DNA of 28,781 bases from an uncultured Candidatus Saccharibacteria bacterium (GCA_964453485.1 CAYVOJ010000002.1:1-28781), one strand, 5' to 3'; shown: positions 16,691-25,340, counted from the stretch's first letter. Numbers and translations are program-made. Notes: a model not told the origin generated them from the sequence alone.

Positions 16691-16705
16691 GGCGGTAAGA
16701 GTGTG

Positions 16706-16734
16706 TTGCTTTTTCTTAGAAATGAGAGTAGTGT
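16706..16734 (+). promoter_or_regulatory. Sigma70-type promoter of the receiver-domain gene
   Basis: TTGCTT-N17-TAGTGT. Confidence 0.45.
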
Positions 16735-16775
16735 ACTGCTCATATTTCCGTAGGTCGGAAAAAAGGTGACTTTGT

Positions 16776-17186
16776 ATGAACATTCTTTTACTGGAAGATG
16801 GTGTGCTTGGAAGGGATTTGGCTACCCTGTTACGGCACTTTATCAATATGGCTTTTCCAGCAAGTAAATGTGAGATTATTCTCATAGACTCTGTTTGGGA
16901 AGCTGTCGATGTAATTGACATTAGTCCTCAGGATGCTTTTGATTTTGTGGTGTCTGATGGAACCAGATGGGAGGGTGTCTACACCGCAGCCATCGAGAAG
17001 TTCGGACGTGAAAGAGTGGTGGTGTATTCTGGTGACTCAAGCTTGGTTTGGAGACTACGAGATGATTCCACGGTGGATGCATATATCAAAAGTGCAAGAG
17101 CCGGTGTCGGAGATGCATGGAAAACTCCAGCTGAGCTGGCTAACGTGGTAGCGCAAAAGCTGAAAGACCTGGCACCCAATAGCTAG
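16776..17186 (+). CDS. Stand-alone CheY-like receiver domain protein
   Basis: ILLLED (acidic pocket), FDFVVSD (phosphoacceptor Asp), VVVYSG (Ser), AYIKS (Lys). No output domain. Confidence 0.7.
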   Translation: MNILLLEDGVLGRDLATLLRHFINMAFPASKCEIILIDSVWEAVDVIDISPQDAFDFVVSDGTRWEGVYTAAIEKFGRERVVVYSGDSSLVWRLRDDSTVDAYIKSARAGVGDAWKTPAELANVVAQKLKDLAPNS

Positions 17187-17221
17187 GATCAAAATGAAAC
17201 TCATTGTGGTTCTTGCCACAT

Positions 17222-17250
17222 GCGCATCTACGGATGCGCTTTTGTTTTTT
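17222..17250 (+). terminator. Intrinsic terminator
   Basis: gcgcatc-tacg-gatgcgc plus ttttgtttttt. Confidence 0.8.
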
Positions 17251-17300
17251 CTAAAATCTACCACCTAGAATCTAGCGTCTCTCTCTGGTATAATCAAAAA

Positions 17301-19202
17301 ATGTCATCAAACCAAGAGATAACTTTGAGCGAGATTCGCTCAAAATTTTTAGAGTATATGAAAGAGAGAGGGCACGCTATTGTGCCTTCGGCTTCTCTTG
17401 TACCCGAGAATGACCCTACGACCCTTTTCACAGGGTCTGGAATGCAACCCATGGTGCCGTATCTTCTTGGACAACCTCATCCTCTCGGGAAGCGCATCGC
17501 AGACTCTCAGAAATCATTTCGTTCACAGGACATTGAGGAGGTGGGTGATAACCGCCATACAACATTTTTTGAGATGCTTGGGAATTGGTCATTTGGTGAC
17601 TACTTCAAGGAAGAGGAGATTACATGGATGTGGACATTTCTGATCGACGAACTCAAACTCGACCCGAAGAATTTTTATGTAACGTGTTTTGCTGGTAACG
17701 ACTCTCTCGGAGTGCCGCGTGACACAATCTCTGCAGAATTATGGAAGAAGCTGTTTGCAGCAAAAGGAATTGAAGCAGGAATAAGTGAAAATCCAGAAGC
17801 GGGCATGAAAGCTGGTGAGAAGATTTTCTACTATTCAGAAAAGAAAAACTGGTGGTCTCGTAGTGGTGTGCCGGCTAATATGCCTGAAGGTGAGCCAGGT
17901 GGACCAGACTCTGAAATGTTTTATGACTTTGATCCGACTCTAGAAAAGAAAATACACGAAACAAGTGCGTGGAAGAACGAACCGTGTCACGTGAACTGTG
18001 ATTGTGGACGCTTCCTAGAAATTGGAAACAACGTATTCATGCAGTACAAAAAGACAGCAAGTGGCTTCGAGGAGCTACCACAGATGAACGTAGACCATGG
18101 ATCAGGTCTTGAGCGCTATGCTGCTGCGTTACAAAATGATCCAGATATTTTTAATATTGATGTCTTTAATGAGCCAAAGAAAACTATTGAGACCCTCTCA
18201 GGGAAGAAATATGGTGAGTCAGAAGCTGTTGTATATGCTTACCGCGTAGTACTTGACCACCTTCGTTCTGCAACATTTCTCATTAGCGACGGTGTGGTTC
18301 CCGGGAATAAAGATCAGATGTATTTTGTACGTCGTCTTGTTCGTCGCGCAGTGAGATTTGCTCGTAATCTCGGAGTGAACGAGAACTTTACGAAGACTGT
18401 AGGGCTTTCATTCATTGAAACGTATAAAGACGAGTATAAAAATCTCGAAGAGAAGAAAGATTTTATTGTAGGAGAGCTCGATAAAGAAGAAAGTAAGTTC
18501 CGAAAGACGCTCGAGAATGGTATTAAGGAGTTCGATAAGATCGCATCAAAAGATATTTCTGGTGTCGACGCCTTTAATCTTCTTCAGTCATTCGGTTTTC
18601 CAATCGAACTAACAGAAGAGCTTGCCAATGAGCGAGGTATCGCTGTTGATCGTGTATCTTTTGATGAAGAAAAGAAGAAACACTCAGAAGAATCTCGTAC
18701 TGCATCTGCTGGAAAGTTTAAAGGAGGCCTCGGCGGTGACGGAGAGATGGAAACAAAGTACCATACAGCGACGCATATGCTTCATCAGGTGCTTCGAGAA
18801 GTACTCGGTGAGACTGTTGAACAGAAAGGGTCAAACATCACTCCTGAGCGACTACGCTTCGACTTTTCATTTGAACGAAAGATGACTGATGAAGAAAAGA
18901 AACAAGTGGAAGATATTATCAATGCACGTATCAAAGAAAATCTTCCTGTGATTCGTGAAGAAGTGTCGATGGAAGAGGCACGTGCACGTGGGGCTATCGG
19001 ACTCTTCGGTGATAAGTATGGCGATGTGGTGAGTATTTATCGAATCGGTGAAGGAAAGAATCGAGGGGACAAAGATCTTTTCTCCATGGAGTTCTGTGGC
19101 GGCCCTCATGTCTCATCAACAGGTGAACTAGGAGTATTCAAAATTCAAAAGGAAGAAGCGGTATCAGCTGGGGTGCGCCGTATTAAAGCAGTACTTGAGT
19201 AA
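17301..19202 (+). CDS. alaS: Alanine--tRNA ligase, short form without C-Ala
   Basis: DPTTLFTGSGMQP, RHTTFFEMLGNWSFGDYFK, editing motifs HTATH and CGGPH, ends GVRRIKAVLE. Start at ATG 17301, 6 nt after TGgTATAAT (ORF track starts at 17220). Confidence 0.95.
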   Translation: MSSNQEITLSEIRSKFLEYMKERGHAIVPSASLVPENDPTTLFTGSGMQPMVPYLLGQPHPLGKRIADSQKSFRSQDIEEVGDNRHTTFFEMLGNWSFGDYFKEEEITWMWTFLIDELKLDPKNFYVTCFAGNDSLGVPRDTISAELWKKLFAAKGIEAGISENPEAGMKAGEKIFYYSEKKNWWSRSGVPANMPEGEPGGPDSEMFYDFDPTLEKKIHETSAWKNEPCHVNCDCGRFLEIGNNVFMQYKKTASGFEELPQMNVDHGSGLERYAAALQNDPDIFNIDVFNEPKKTIETLSGKKYGESEAVVYAYRVVLDHLRSATFLISDGVVPGNKDQMYFVRRLVRRAVRFARNLGVNENFTKTVGLSFIETYKDEYKNLEEKKDFIVGELDKEESKFRKTLENGIKEFDKIASKDISGVDAFNLLQSFGFPIELTEELANERGIAVDRVSFDEEKKKHSEESRTASAGKFKGGLGGDGEMETKYHTATHMLHQVLREVLGETVEQKGSNITPERLRFDFSFERKMTDEEKKQVEDIINARIKENLPVIREEVSMEEARARGAIGLFGDKYGDVVSIYRIGEGKNRGDKDLFSMEFCGGPHVSSTGELGVFKIQKEEAVSAGVRRIKAVLE

Positions 19203-19221
19203 CTCAGCTGCCTACTATATT

Positions 19222-19267
19222 GTGGATACAAAAAGTCTGCCAGAGGTGGCAGACTTTTTGTATCCAC
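19222..19267. terminator. Perfect 21-bp inverted repeat, bidirectional terminator-like
   Basis: gtggatacaaaaagtctgcca-gagg-tggcagactttttgtatccac. Confidence 0.85.
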
Positions 19268-19302
19268 TGCACACTGCTTACGGCCTACTGTATACTATCT
19301 GT

Positions 19303-19686
19303 ATGAATTCCTACCTCTCAGTTCTTCTTCAGGATTCGTCTACGCGCATTAACTACGTTGTTGATGGTGAGGTTATTGTCACGCATACACACGATATTGG
19401 TTTAAAGCATATTGAAGCAGACGGGCTCGGTACGATTGCGGCATCTAAGTTGATCGACGGAGTTATGTATGTGCTTGAATTTATTTCACTGCATGATCGC
19501 ATACCAACAACGGTTCACCTTAGCTCTCCTCGATATGTGTCATGGCTCTCAGATACTATAACCAACGCATCTTATACACAGTTCTTTACCGACGGGATTC
19601 CTGTGCGTGTTACACTAGAGGGTACAAGAGGTCCTTCAAGTAACTATGCAAGACATACGCAAACCGTATTCTCATTCAAAGTCTAA
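19303..19686 (+). CDS. Hypothetical protein, possible degenerate FtsA/PilM-like (actin-fold) fragment
   Basis: Start at ATG 19303, 6 nt after TATACT. The ORF-track start at 19195 would read through the terminator hairpin. DSSTRINYVVDGEVIVTHTHDIG resembles the FtsA phosphate-2 strand pattern without the Gly-rich loop. Confidence 0.55.
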   Translation: MNSYLSVLLQDSSTRINYVVDGEVIVTHTHDIGLKHIEADGLGTIAASKLIDGVMYVLEFISLHDRIPTTVHLSSPRYVSWLSDTITNASYTQFFTDGIPVRVTLEGTRGPSSNYARHTQTVFSFKV

Positions 19687-21052
19687 CCGCTCTATCGCTT
19701 CGCGTGTAGAAGCGTTCGAGCACCCTTCATCTCTGCGGAGTGATTCTTCAGAATATGGTGCAGTACAAATACCAACTCGTCGCGAACGACGAAGTATTGA
19801 GGGTATGGAGATGTATCCACGTCGACAAAGAAGTGAATATGCCGACGAAACCTTTGATCAAAGAATTCCTATAGATACAGACCCGCATACCTCGTTTAGA
19901 GATATTCGTAGACGTCCTCGTAACGAGCAAACACTCGGTACGTGGATATTTATTGCTGCACTTGTCATAGTTGTTCTCGGGATTGGTTTACTTACCTTCG
20001 TGTACAATAGTGCCACGATTACCGTTACTCCAAAGTATAAAGATATTGATATTAATGAAACTGTTCTCTTTAGCACAACAAAAAGTGCGGGTGCAGTTTC
20101 TTATAGCTTAGCGACAACATCGCTTACGAAAACAAAAACACTACCACTCTCAGAAACAAAGAAAGTAGAAACAAAAGCATCAGGAAATATTGTTATCTAT
20201 AATAATTTCGATACAAATCCACAAAAGCTTATCAAGAACACTCGTTTCGAGTCACCAACAGGTAAGATTTATCGTATCAATCAGACAGTTACCGTTCCAG
20301 GCAAAAAAGGTGAGACCCCAGGAAGTGTGGAGGTAACAGTATACGCTGATAGTTATGGTGCGGACTACAATACCCCTGCAACCGACTTCACAATACCAGG
20401 ATTTAAGGGTACTCCACGATACACGGGATTCTTTGCTCGCTCAAATGGCCCAATGAAAGGTGGTGCGGGTGGTAATGTTGCCCTTGTATCGCAATCTGAC
20501 CTTGATAGTGCGCATGACGAACTTGTTCTTGAAATGACTCAAGCAGTTAAAACATCTCTTAAAGAAGTTACTCAAGCGGGTACGGTGCCACTCTACAGTG
20601 CTATTCAGGTAGTGTTTACTGATAACGCTGCAGATGTTATGTCTGGTGGAACAGCTACATATAGAGTAGATGCCACTGGATATCTTATGTTGGCAAATGA
20701 ACATGAATTAGCTGCTGCTCTTGCAATGTCTGGCATGCGTGATTACGCTAATCAGCCAGTTAGACTTGCGTATGCCGACGAGTTGGTGTTTACTCTTAAA
20801 AAAGAGTCAAAATCATACGCAGATGAAAGTCTGAGTGTGCTTGTAGAAGGGAAGCCTCGTATCGTTCTAACTACAGATTCCGAGGCGTTAAAAGAAGCAT
20901 TTCTTGGAAAGAATCGGAGTGATGCTCCTACCATCGTGCAAAATATTCCATCAGTTACACAGATAGAAATGTCATTTTTCCCACTATGGTTATCTAGTAT
21001 TCCTACGAATAAAGAGCATATTTCTGTAGTAGAATCTCTTCCTGCTCGTTGA
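19646..21052 (+). CDS. Single-TM protein with baseplate-J/gp47-like extracytoplasmic domain
   Basis: Charged, disordered N-terminus, then a TM (WIFIAALVIVVLGIGLLTFVY), then KASGNIVIYN...TRF...G.IY...VTVPG...PGSVEVTVYA...G.DYN...FTIPG. From memory, this pattern is annotated baseplate-J-like in Patescibacteria. Confidence 0.65.
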   Translation: MQDIRKPYSHSKSNRSIASRVEAFEHPSSLRSDSSEYGAVQIPTRRERRSIEGMEMYPRRQRSEYADETFDQRIPIDTDPHTSFRDIRRRPRNEQTLGTWIFIAALVIVVLGIGLLTFVYNSATITVTPKYKDIDINETVLFSTTKSAGAVSYSLATTSLTKTKTLPLSETKKVETKASGNIVIYNNFDTNPQKLIKNTRFESPTGKIYRINQTVTVPGKKGETPGSVEVTVYADSYGADYNTPATDFTIPGFKGTPRYTGFFARSNGPMKGGAGGNVALVSQSDLDSAHDELVLEMTQAVKTSLKEVTQAGTVPLYSAIQVVFTDNAADVMSGGTATYRVDATGYLMLANEHELAAALAMSGMRDYANQPVRLAYADELVFTLKKESKSYADESLSVLVEGKPRIVLTTDSEALKEAFLGKNRSDAPTIVQNIPSVTQIEMSFFPLWLSSIPTNKEHISVVESLPAR

Positions 21053-21077
21053 CCTTGATTTACATTACTGATACAAT
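21049..21077 (+). promoter_or_regulatory. Sigma70 promoter of infA
   Basis: TTGACC-N17-TACAAT with TG extension, 14 nt before the ATG. Confidence 0.7.
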
Positions 21078-21091
21078 CAACCCCTAAACCT

Positions 21092-21310
21092 ATGGATGAA
21101 ACAGAAGATGCTATCGATGTCCTCGAAGGACGAGTTACAGAAACCCTACCAAGTACTCTTTTTCGTGTCATGTTATCAAACAATAAAGAGTTGATATCCT
21201 ACCTTGGGGGGAGAATGCGAGTTCATAAAATTAAAGTACTTGTTGGAGACAAGGTAATGGTTCAAATAGACCCATATGGCGGCAAGGGGAGAATCATTAA
21301 AAGGCTCTAA
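21092..21310 (+). CDS. infA: Translation initiation factor IF-1
   Basis: LEGRVTETLPSTLFRVML, YLGGRMRVHKIKVLVGDKV, GRII. Confidence 0.95.
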   Translation: MDETEDAIDVLEGRVTETLPSTLFRVMLSNNKELISYLGGRMRVHKIKVLVGDKVMVQIDPYGGKGRIIKRL

Positions 21311-21333
21311 AGTCGCCAATCTGCCCATAAGAT

Positions 21334-21362
21334 TTGCATTATTTATCAAGATATAGTATAAT
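21334..21362 (+). promoter_or_regulatory. Sigma70 promoter of the rpmJ-rpsM operon
   Basis: TTGCAT-N17-TATAAT, 16 nt before the rpmJ ATG. Confidence 0.7.
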
Positions 21363-21378
21363 TCTACCCACATTTCTC

Positions 21379-21492
21379 ATGAAAGTAAGATCATCAGTTA
21401 AGAAGATGTGCGCGAAATGCCAAATGATAAAACGTGGTGGTGTGCTTCGCGTTATTTGCGAAACCCCAAAGCATAAGCAGGCTCAGGGCTAA
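21379..21492 (+). CDS. rpmJ: 50S ribosomal protein bL36 (not in the ORF track)
   Basis: Hand translation [37 protein letters not shown], with zinc-ribbon C-x2-C...C...H. Confidence 0.97.
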   Translation: MKVRSSVKKMCAKCQMIKRGGVLRVICETPKHKQAQG

Positions 21493-21540
21493 GCGTATCA
21501 ATAACTGAATTATCTAAACTCTAATTTATCTACCACACTT

Positions 21541-21921
21541 ATGCGTATCTCAGGTATTACACTCCCAGAAAACAAGCGTCTAGAAATCGCACTGACTGCT
21601 GTGTATGGTGTTGGTCGCCCTCGTGCACTTTCAATAATTAAGAAACTTGGTCTTGATCCAGGGATGAAAACAACAGCGCTTTCAGCTGATGACGAAAACG
21701 CTATCCGTCGTGAAATCGAAATTTTCAAAACAGAAGGAGATCTTAAGCGTGAAGTTCAGCAGAACATTAAGCGCCTTAAGGACATTAAGTCATACCGTGG
21801 AGTTCGTCATACAAAGCACCTTCCAGCTCGTGGACAGCGCACAAAGACAAATAGTCGTACTGTGCGTGGAAACGTACGTCGTACTATGGGAAGTGGTCGC
21901 CGTAAGACAGAAAAGACATAA
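21541..21921 (+). CDS. rpsM: 30S ribosomal protein uS13
   Basis: MRISGITLP, YGVGR, EGDLKRE, YRGVRH..LPARGQRTKTNSRT. Confidence 0.97.
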   Translation: MRISGITLPENKRLEIALTAVYGVGRPRALSIIKKLGLDPGMKTTALSADDENAIRREIEIFKTEGDLKREVQQNIKRLKDIKSYRGVRHTKHLPARGQRTKTNSRTVRGNVRRTMGSGRRKTEKT

Positions 21922-21952
21922 AATTTAATTTGAAGCCTAATTACTAAAACCT

Positions 21953-22387
21953 ATGGGAAAGAAACGCATCGTAAAAAAGAATAGTTCAGGTGTAGATAGT
22001 GCTCTTAAGGCGCGCTCACTTGCAAAAGTAGTCAAGAAGAAGATTGTTGAAGGTGTTCTCTATGTGGAATCAACGTACAACAACACTCGTCTTTCACTTT
22101 CTGATAAAAGTGGGAATATTCTTGCTTGGTCTTCTTCAGGCGCTCTTGGATTCAAGGGTGCTAAGAAGGGTACTCCATTTGCCGCTTCAAAAATTGGAGA
22201 ACTTATCGGAGAAAAAGCTCAGCAGGCTGGTATTAAGGAGGTCTCTGTTACGGTAAAAGGGGTTGGCTCAGGACGAGAGTCAGCAATTCGTGCGTTCTCT
22301 GCGTACGGTGTTGAAATTACCTCTATTATCGATAAGACACCTGTACCACACAATGGACCAAAGCCTCGAAAGCCTCGTCATGTGTAA
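21953..22387 (+). CDS. rpsK: 30S ribosomal protein uS11
   Basis: STYNNT, WSSSGALGFKGAKKGTPFAA, GVGSGRESAIR, DKTPVPHNG. Confidence 0.97.
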   Translation: MGKKRIVKKNSSGVDSALKARSLAKVVKKKIVEGVLYVESTYNNTRLSLSDKSGNILAWSSSGALGFKGAKKGTPFAASKIGELIGEKAQQAGIKEVSVTVKGVGSGRESAIRAFSAYGVEITSIIDKTPVPHNGPKPRKPRHV

Positions 22388-22424
22388 TTATTTTGCATCC
22401 ACTACTAACTAGTAACTAACAACT

Positions 22425-23045
22425 ATGTCCAGAATCACCTGTAAAACTTGTCGCCGTCTCGGAGAATCACTTTGTGGTCGTGAGAAGTGTGCCTACAAGA
22501 AACGTCCATATGCACCAGGAAAGCTTGATAGCGAGCGAAAGCATCGATCAAACGTTTCTGAATACGGAGAACAGCTTCGCGCTAAGCAGAAGATGCGTAT
22601 TACGTACGGTCTTATGGAAAAGCAGTTTGCTGCATATGTAAAAGTTGCTATGGCTCGTCATGAAACAGGTGAAGGATCAGCTACGCCAGCACTTAAGCTT
22701 TACCGTGCACTTGAGTCACGTCTGGATAACGTTGTGTATCGTTCAGGATTTGCTCACACACGAGCACTTGCTCGTCAGATGGTGTCACATGGACACATTA
22801 TCGTTAACGGTCGCCGTATTAACGTTGCCTCACACCATGTAAAAGTAGGAGATGTTATCTCTATCCGTGAGGGTAGTGCGTCTGCTAAGGGTTTTGCATC
22901 TCTTAAAGAGAAGCTTGCCAACGTTGCGCCAAGTCATGAGCTTATCGTTGATGGTGCAAAATTGCAGTCAACTGTAAAGGGGGAAGTTCGTGAGATCGAA
23001 CCGGTATTTGATACTCAGAAGGTACTTGAGTACTACTCACGATAA
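22425..23045 (+). CDS. rpsD: 30S ribosomal protein uS4 (zinc-binding type)
   Basis: CKTCRR..CGREKC, SEYGEQLRAKQK, LESRLDNVVYRSGFA, ARQMVSHGH. Confidence 0.97.
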   Translation: MSRITCKTCRRLGESLCGREKCAYKKRPYAPGKLDSERKHRSNVSEYGEQLRAKQKMRITYGLMEKQFAAYVKVAMARHETGEGSATPALKLYRALESRLDNVVYRSGFAHTRALARQMVSHGHIIVNGRRINVASHHVKVGDVISIREGSASAKGFASLKEKLANVAPSHELIVDGAKLQSTVKGEVREIEPVFDTQKVLEYYSR

Positions 23046-23075
23046 AAGACGGAGTGCCTATCCACTACCACATAC

Positions 23076-23104
23076 TTGCGTTTTTTGCAATTTTTTGGTA
23101 GAAT
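23076..23104 (+). promoter_or_regulatory. Internal sigma70 promoter upstream of rpoA
   Basis: TTGCGT-N17-TAGAAT with TG extension in the rpsD-rpoA gap. Confidence 0.6.
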
Positions 23105-23200
23105 AGGGAAACTTTATTTATAAGAAGTGTTCCGGTGTGTCATTGTTTTGCGTAAGGTTGCTATCTATTAACTATACTAAGACCATATATTTCATTGCCT

Positions 23201-24157
23201 ATGTCTTCACACTCTATTATTTTGCCTTCAAAGCCAAAAATTGTTAAAGAAGATGCCACTTCTGGCGTCTATGAAATTGACGGATTGTACCCAGGATACG
23301 GTCATACACTCGGAAACTCACTTCGTCGTATTATTCTCTCTTCTATCCCTGGAGCTGCTATCACTTCTCTTTCTATTGATGGTGTAAAGCACGAGTTCTC
23401 AGCTATTGATGGTGTTCGAGAGGATGTTATCGCTCTTATTTTAAATCTTAAGAAGACCCGTTTTAAGCTACACGGTGATGATGCAGAGAAGGCAACGCTT
23501 CGTATCAAGGGTGCAAAGATTGTTACCGCAGCAGACATTGTTGTGCCATCTCAGCTTGAGATCATGAACAAGGATCAGTACATCTGTGAATCAACAGCTA
23601 AAGATGTTGACGTAGCAATCGAGATCACCGTTGAGAAGGGGCTAGGATATGTTCCACGTGAAGTTCTTGAAAAAGAAAAGGCTGATATCGGTACGATTGC
23701 ACTTGATGCATCATTTACACCGATTCGCCGCGCTTCGTATGAAGTAGAAAACATGCGTGTGGGTGATCGTACAGATCATAACCGTCTCCGTGTTTCTATT
23801 GAAACAGATGGTACTATTACTCCTCACGAGGCACTTGAATCAGCGATTCACACAATGATCACACAGCTTCAGTCTGTTGTTGGTTTCCGTGAGCAAGTGA
23901 TTGAGTCTACAAAAGTGGAAACTGTTATGCCTGCAGAAGAGCTTGCTGATGTTACTGATGCGGCAAAAGTAAAGATCGAAGATCTTGGTCTTTCTACTCG
24001 TACAGAAAACGCTCTAGTGTCAGCAGCTATTCGTACAGCTGGAGGACTAGCACGTAAGACAGAGGCAGATTTGCTCTCTACAGATGGCCTAGGAGAGAAG
24101 GGTATCGACGAGATTAAGAAAGCTCTTAACGTGCTCGGGCTCACTCTTAAGGCATAG
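23201..24157 (+). CDS. rpoA: RNA polymerase subunit alpha
   Basis: PGYGHTLGNSLRRIILSSIPGAAIT, HEFSAIDGVREDV, VENMRVGDRTD, alpha-CTD (LSTRTENAL). ATG 23201 preferred over TTG 23195. Confidence 0.97.
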   Translation: MSSHSIILPSKPKIVKEDATSGVYEIDGLYPGYGHTLGNSLRRIILSSIPGAAITSLSIDGVKHEFSAIDGVREDVIALILNLKKTRFKLHGDDAEKATLRIKGAKIVTAADIVVPSQLEIMNKDQYICESTAKDVDVAIEITVEKGLGYVPREVLEKEKADIGTIALDASFTPIRRASYEVENMRVGDRTDHNRLRVSIETDGTITPHEALESAIHTMITQLQSVVGFREQVIESTKVETVMPAEELADVTDAAKVKIEDLGLSTRTENALVSAAIRTAGGLARKTEADLLSTDGLGEKGIDEIKKALNVLGLTLKA

Positions 24158-24158
24158 A

Positions 24159-24187
24159 TTGAATTTAACAAGGTAACGTGTTATAGT
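24159..24187 (+). promoter_or_regulatory. Internal sigma70 promoter of rplQ
   Basis: TTGAAT-N17-TATAGT with TG extension, 8 nt before the ATG. Confidence 0.6.
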
Positions 24188-24195
24188 ACAGAACC

Positions 24196-24549
24196 ATGAA
24201 GCATCATAAGTCATTCAGAAAATTCGGAAGAGAAAAGAACCAGCGCGTTGCGTTTGTTAGATCACTCCTCATTAACCTCATTCGTCACGGACGAATTGAG
24301 ACAACACTTGCTCGAGCAAAAGAGATTCGTCCTTTTGTTGAGAAGCTTGTTACTCTTGCAAAAGAAGACACTGTTGCTCGCCGAAGACTTGTTGCTTCAC
24401 GCCTCATTAACCAGGCTGACGAAACAACAAAGCTTTTTGCAGAATATGCACCTAAGTATAAAGCTGTAGCTGGAGGATACACACGTATCATCAAGCTAAA
24501 TAACCGTATCTCAGACGGTGCTGAAAAAGCTATTATCGAATTTGTATAA
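24196..24549 (+). CDS. rplQ: 50S ribosomal protein bL17
   Basis: MKHHKSFRKFGR, RIETTLARAKEIRPFVEKLVT, GGYTRIIK. Confidence 0.97.
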   Translation: MKHHKSFRKFGREKNQRVAFVRSLLINLIRHGRIETTLARAKEIRPFVEKLVTLAKEDTVARRRLVASRLINQADETTKLFAEYAPKYKAVAGGYTRIIKLNNRISDGAEKAIIEFV

Positions 24550-24559
24550 GACTATTACT

Positions 24560-24913
24560 ATGACATCAACTATTCACACTATCGATGCATCAGGACGCTC
24601 ACTTGGACGTGTAGCTAGTGAAGCAGCAGCCCTCCTTAACGCAAAGGATAGTATTTTCTTCGTTAAGAACCGTGTTGCTGATGTTACGGTAAAGATCATC
24701 AACGCTGCTAAAGTTAAAGTGACCGGTAACAAGATGAAGGAAAGTGTTCACAAGTCATACTCAGGGTATCCTGGAGGTCTCAAAGAAATGCCTCTTTCAT
24801 ATGTTGTTGAAAAGAAAGGATACGGAGAAATCATTAAGCATGCTGTTTCGGGAATGCTTCCAAAGAATAAACTTCAGGATATTCGTTTGAAAAATCTCGT
24901 CATTGAGGAATAA
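24560..24913 (+). CDS. rplM: 50S ribosomal protein uL13 (short form)
   Basis: IDASGRSLGRVASEAA, INAAKVKVTGNK, SGYPGGLK, AVSGMLPKNKL. Start at ATG 24560 (the ORF-track start at 24518 overlaps rplQ). Confidence 0.95.
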   Translation: MTSTIHTIDASGRSLGRVASEAAALLNAKDSIFFVKNRVADVTVKIINAAKVKVTGNKMKESVHKSYSGYPGGLKEMPLSYVVEKKGYGEIIKHAVSGMLPKNKLQDIRLKNLVIEE

Positions 24914-24928
24914 TAATTTACTATACAT

Positions 24929-25336
24929 ATGGAAGCAACTACAAAGAATCGTTATATAGAAGCTGTAGGTCGTCGTAAGACTGCTATTGCACGTGTTCGT
25001 ATTACTCCAGCAGCTAAAGCTTCATTTATCGTGAATGATAAAGATGTTGCTGAATACTTTACAACAAATGATCTTCAGGTTATCGCACAGGAAGCCATTT
25101 CAAAAAGTGAGGCGGGTGAGAAATTCACCGTAACAGTACACGTTGTTGGTGGTGGTATTCATGCTCAGGCTGAGGCTATCCGCCACGGACTCTCTCGTAC
25201 TCTTGTAGAACGAAATGACGATGTAAAGAACACTCTCAAGAAACTTGGATTCCTAAAGCGTGACTCACGTCAGGTGGAACGAAAGAAGTTCGGATTGAAG
25301 AAAGCTCGTAAGGCTCCAACTTGGTCAAAGCGTTAG
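24929..25336 (+). CDS. rpsI: 30S ribosomal protein uS9
   Basis: VGRRKTAIARV, GGGIHAQAEAIRHGLSR, RDSRQVERKKFGLKKARKAPTWSKR. Confidence 0.97.
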   Translation: MEATTKNRYIEAVGRRKTAIARVRITPAAKASFIVNDKDVAEYFTTNDLQVIAQEAISKSEAGEKFTVTVHVVGGGIHAQAEAIRHGLSRTLVERNDDVKNTLKKLGFLKRDSRQVERKKFGLKKARKAPTWSKR

Positions 25337-25340
25337 TACA

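Noticed and set aside
17220-17300. N-terminal extension of alaS, and similar extensions for mraZ (5635), phr (9119), rplM (24518) and grpE (25497)
   Set aside because: The extensions run through terminators, promoters or the upstream gene, and do not match the family N-termini.
19195-19302. Longer start for the ORF after alaS
   Set aside because: It would translate through a perfect 21-bp terminator hairpin. ATG 19303 has a -10 box 6 nt upstream.
19646-21052. Prophage or contractile injection system suggested by the baseplate-J-like domain
   Set aside because: No other phage, tail, sheath or integrase genes are present. The protein is membrane-anchored and sits among housekeeping genes.
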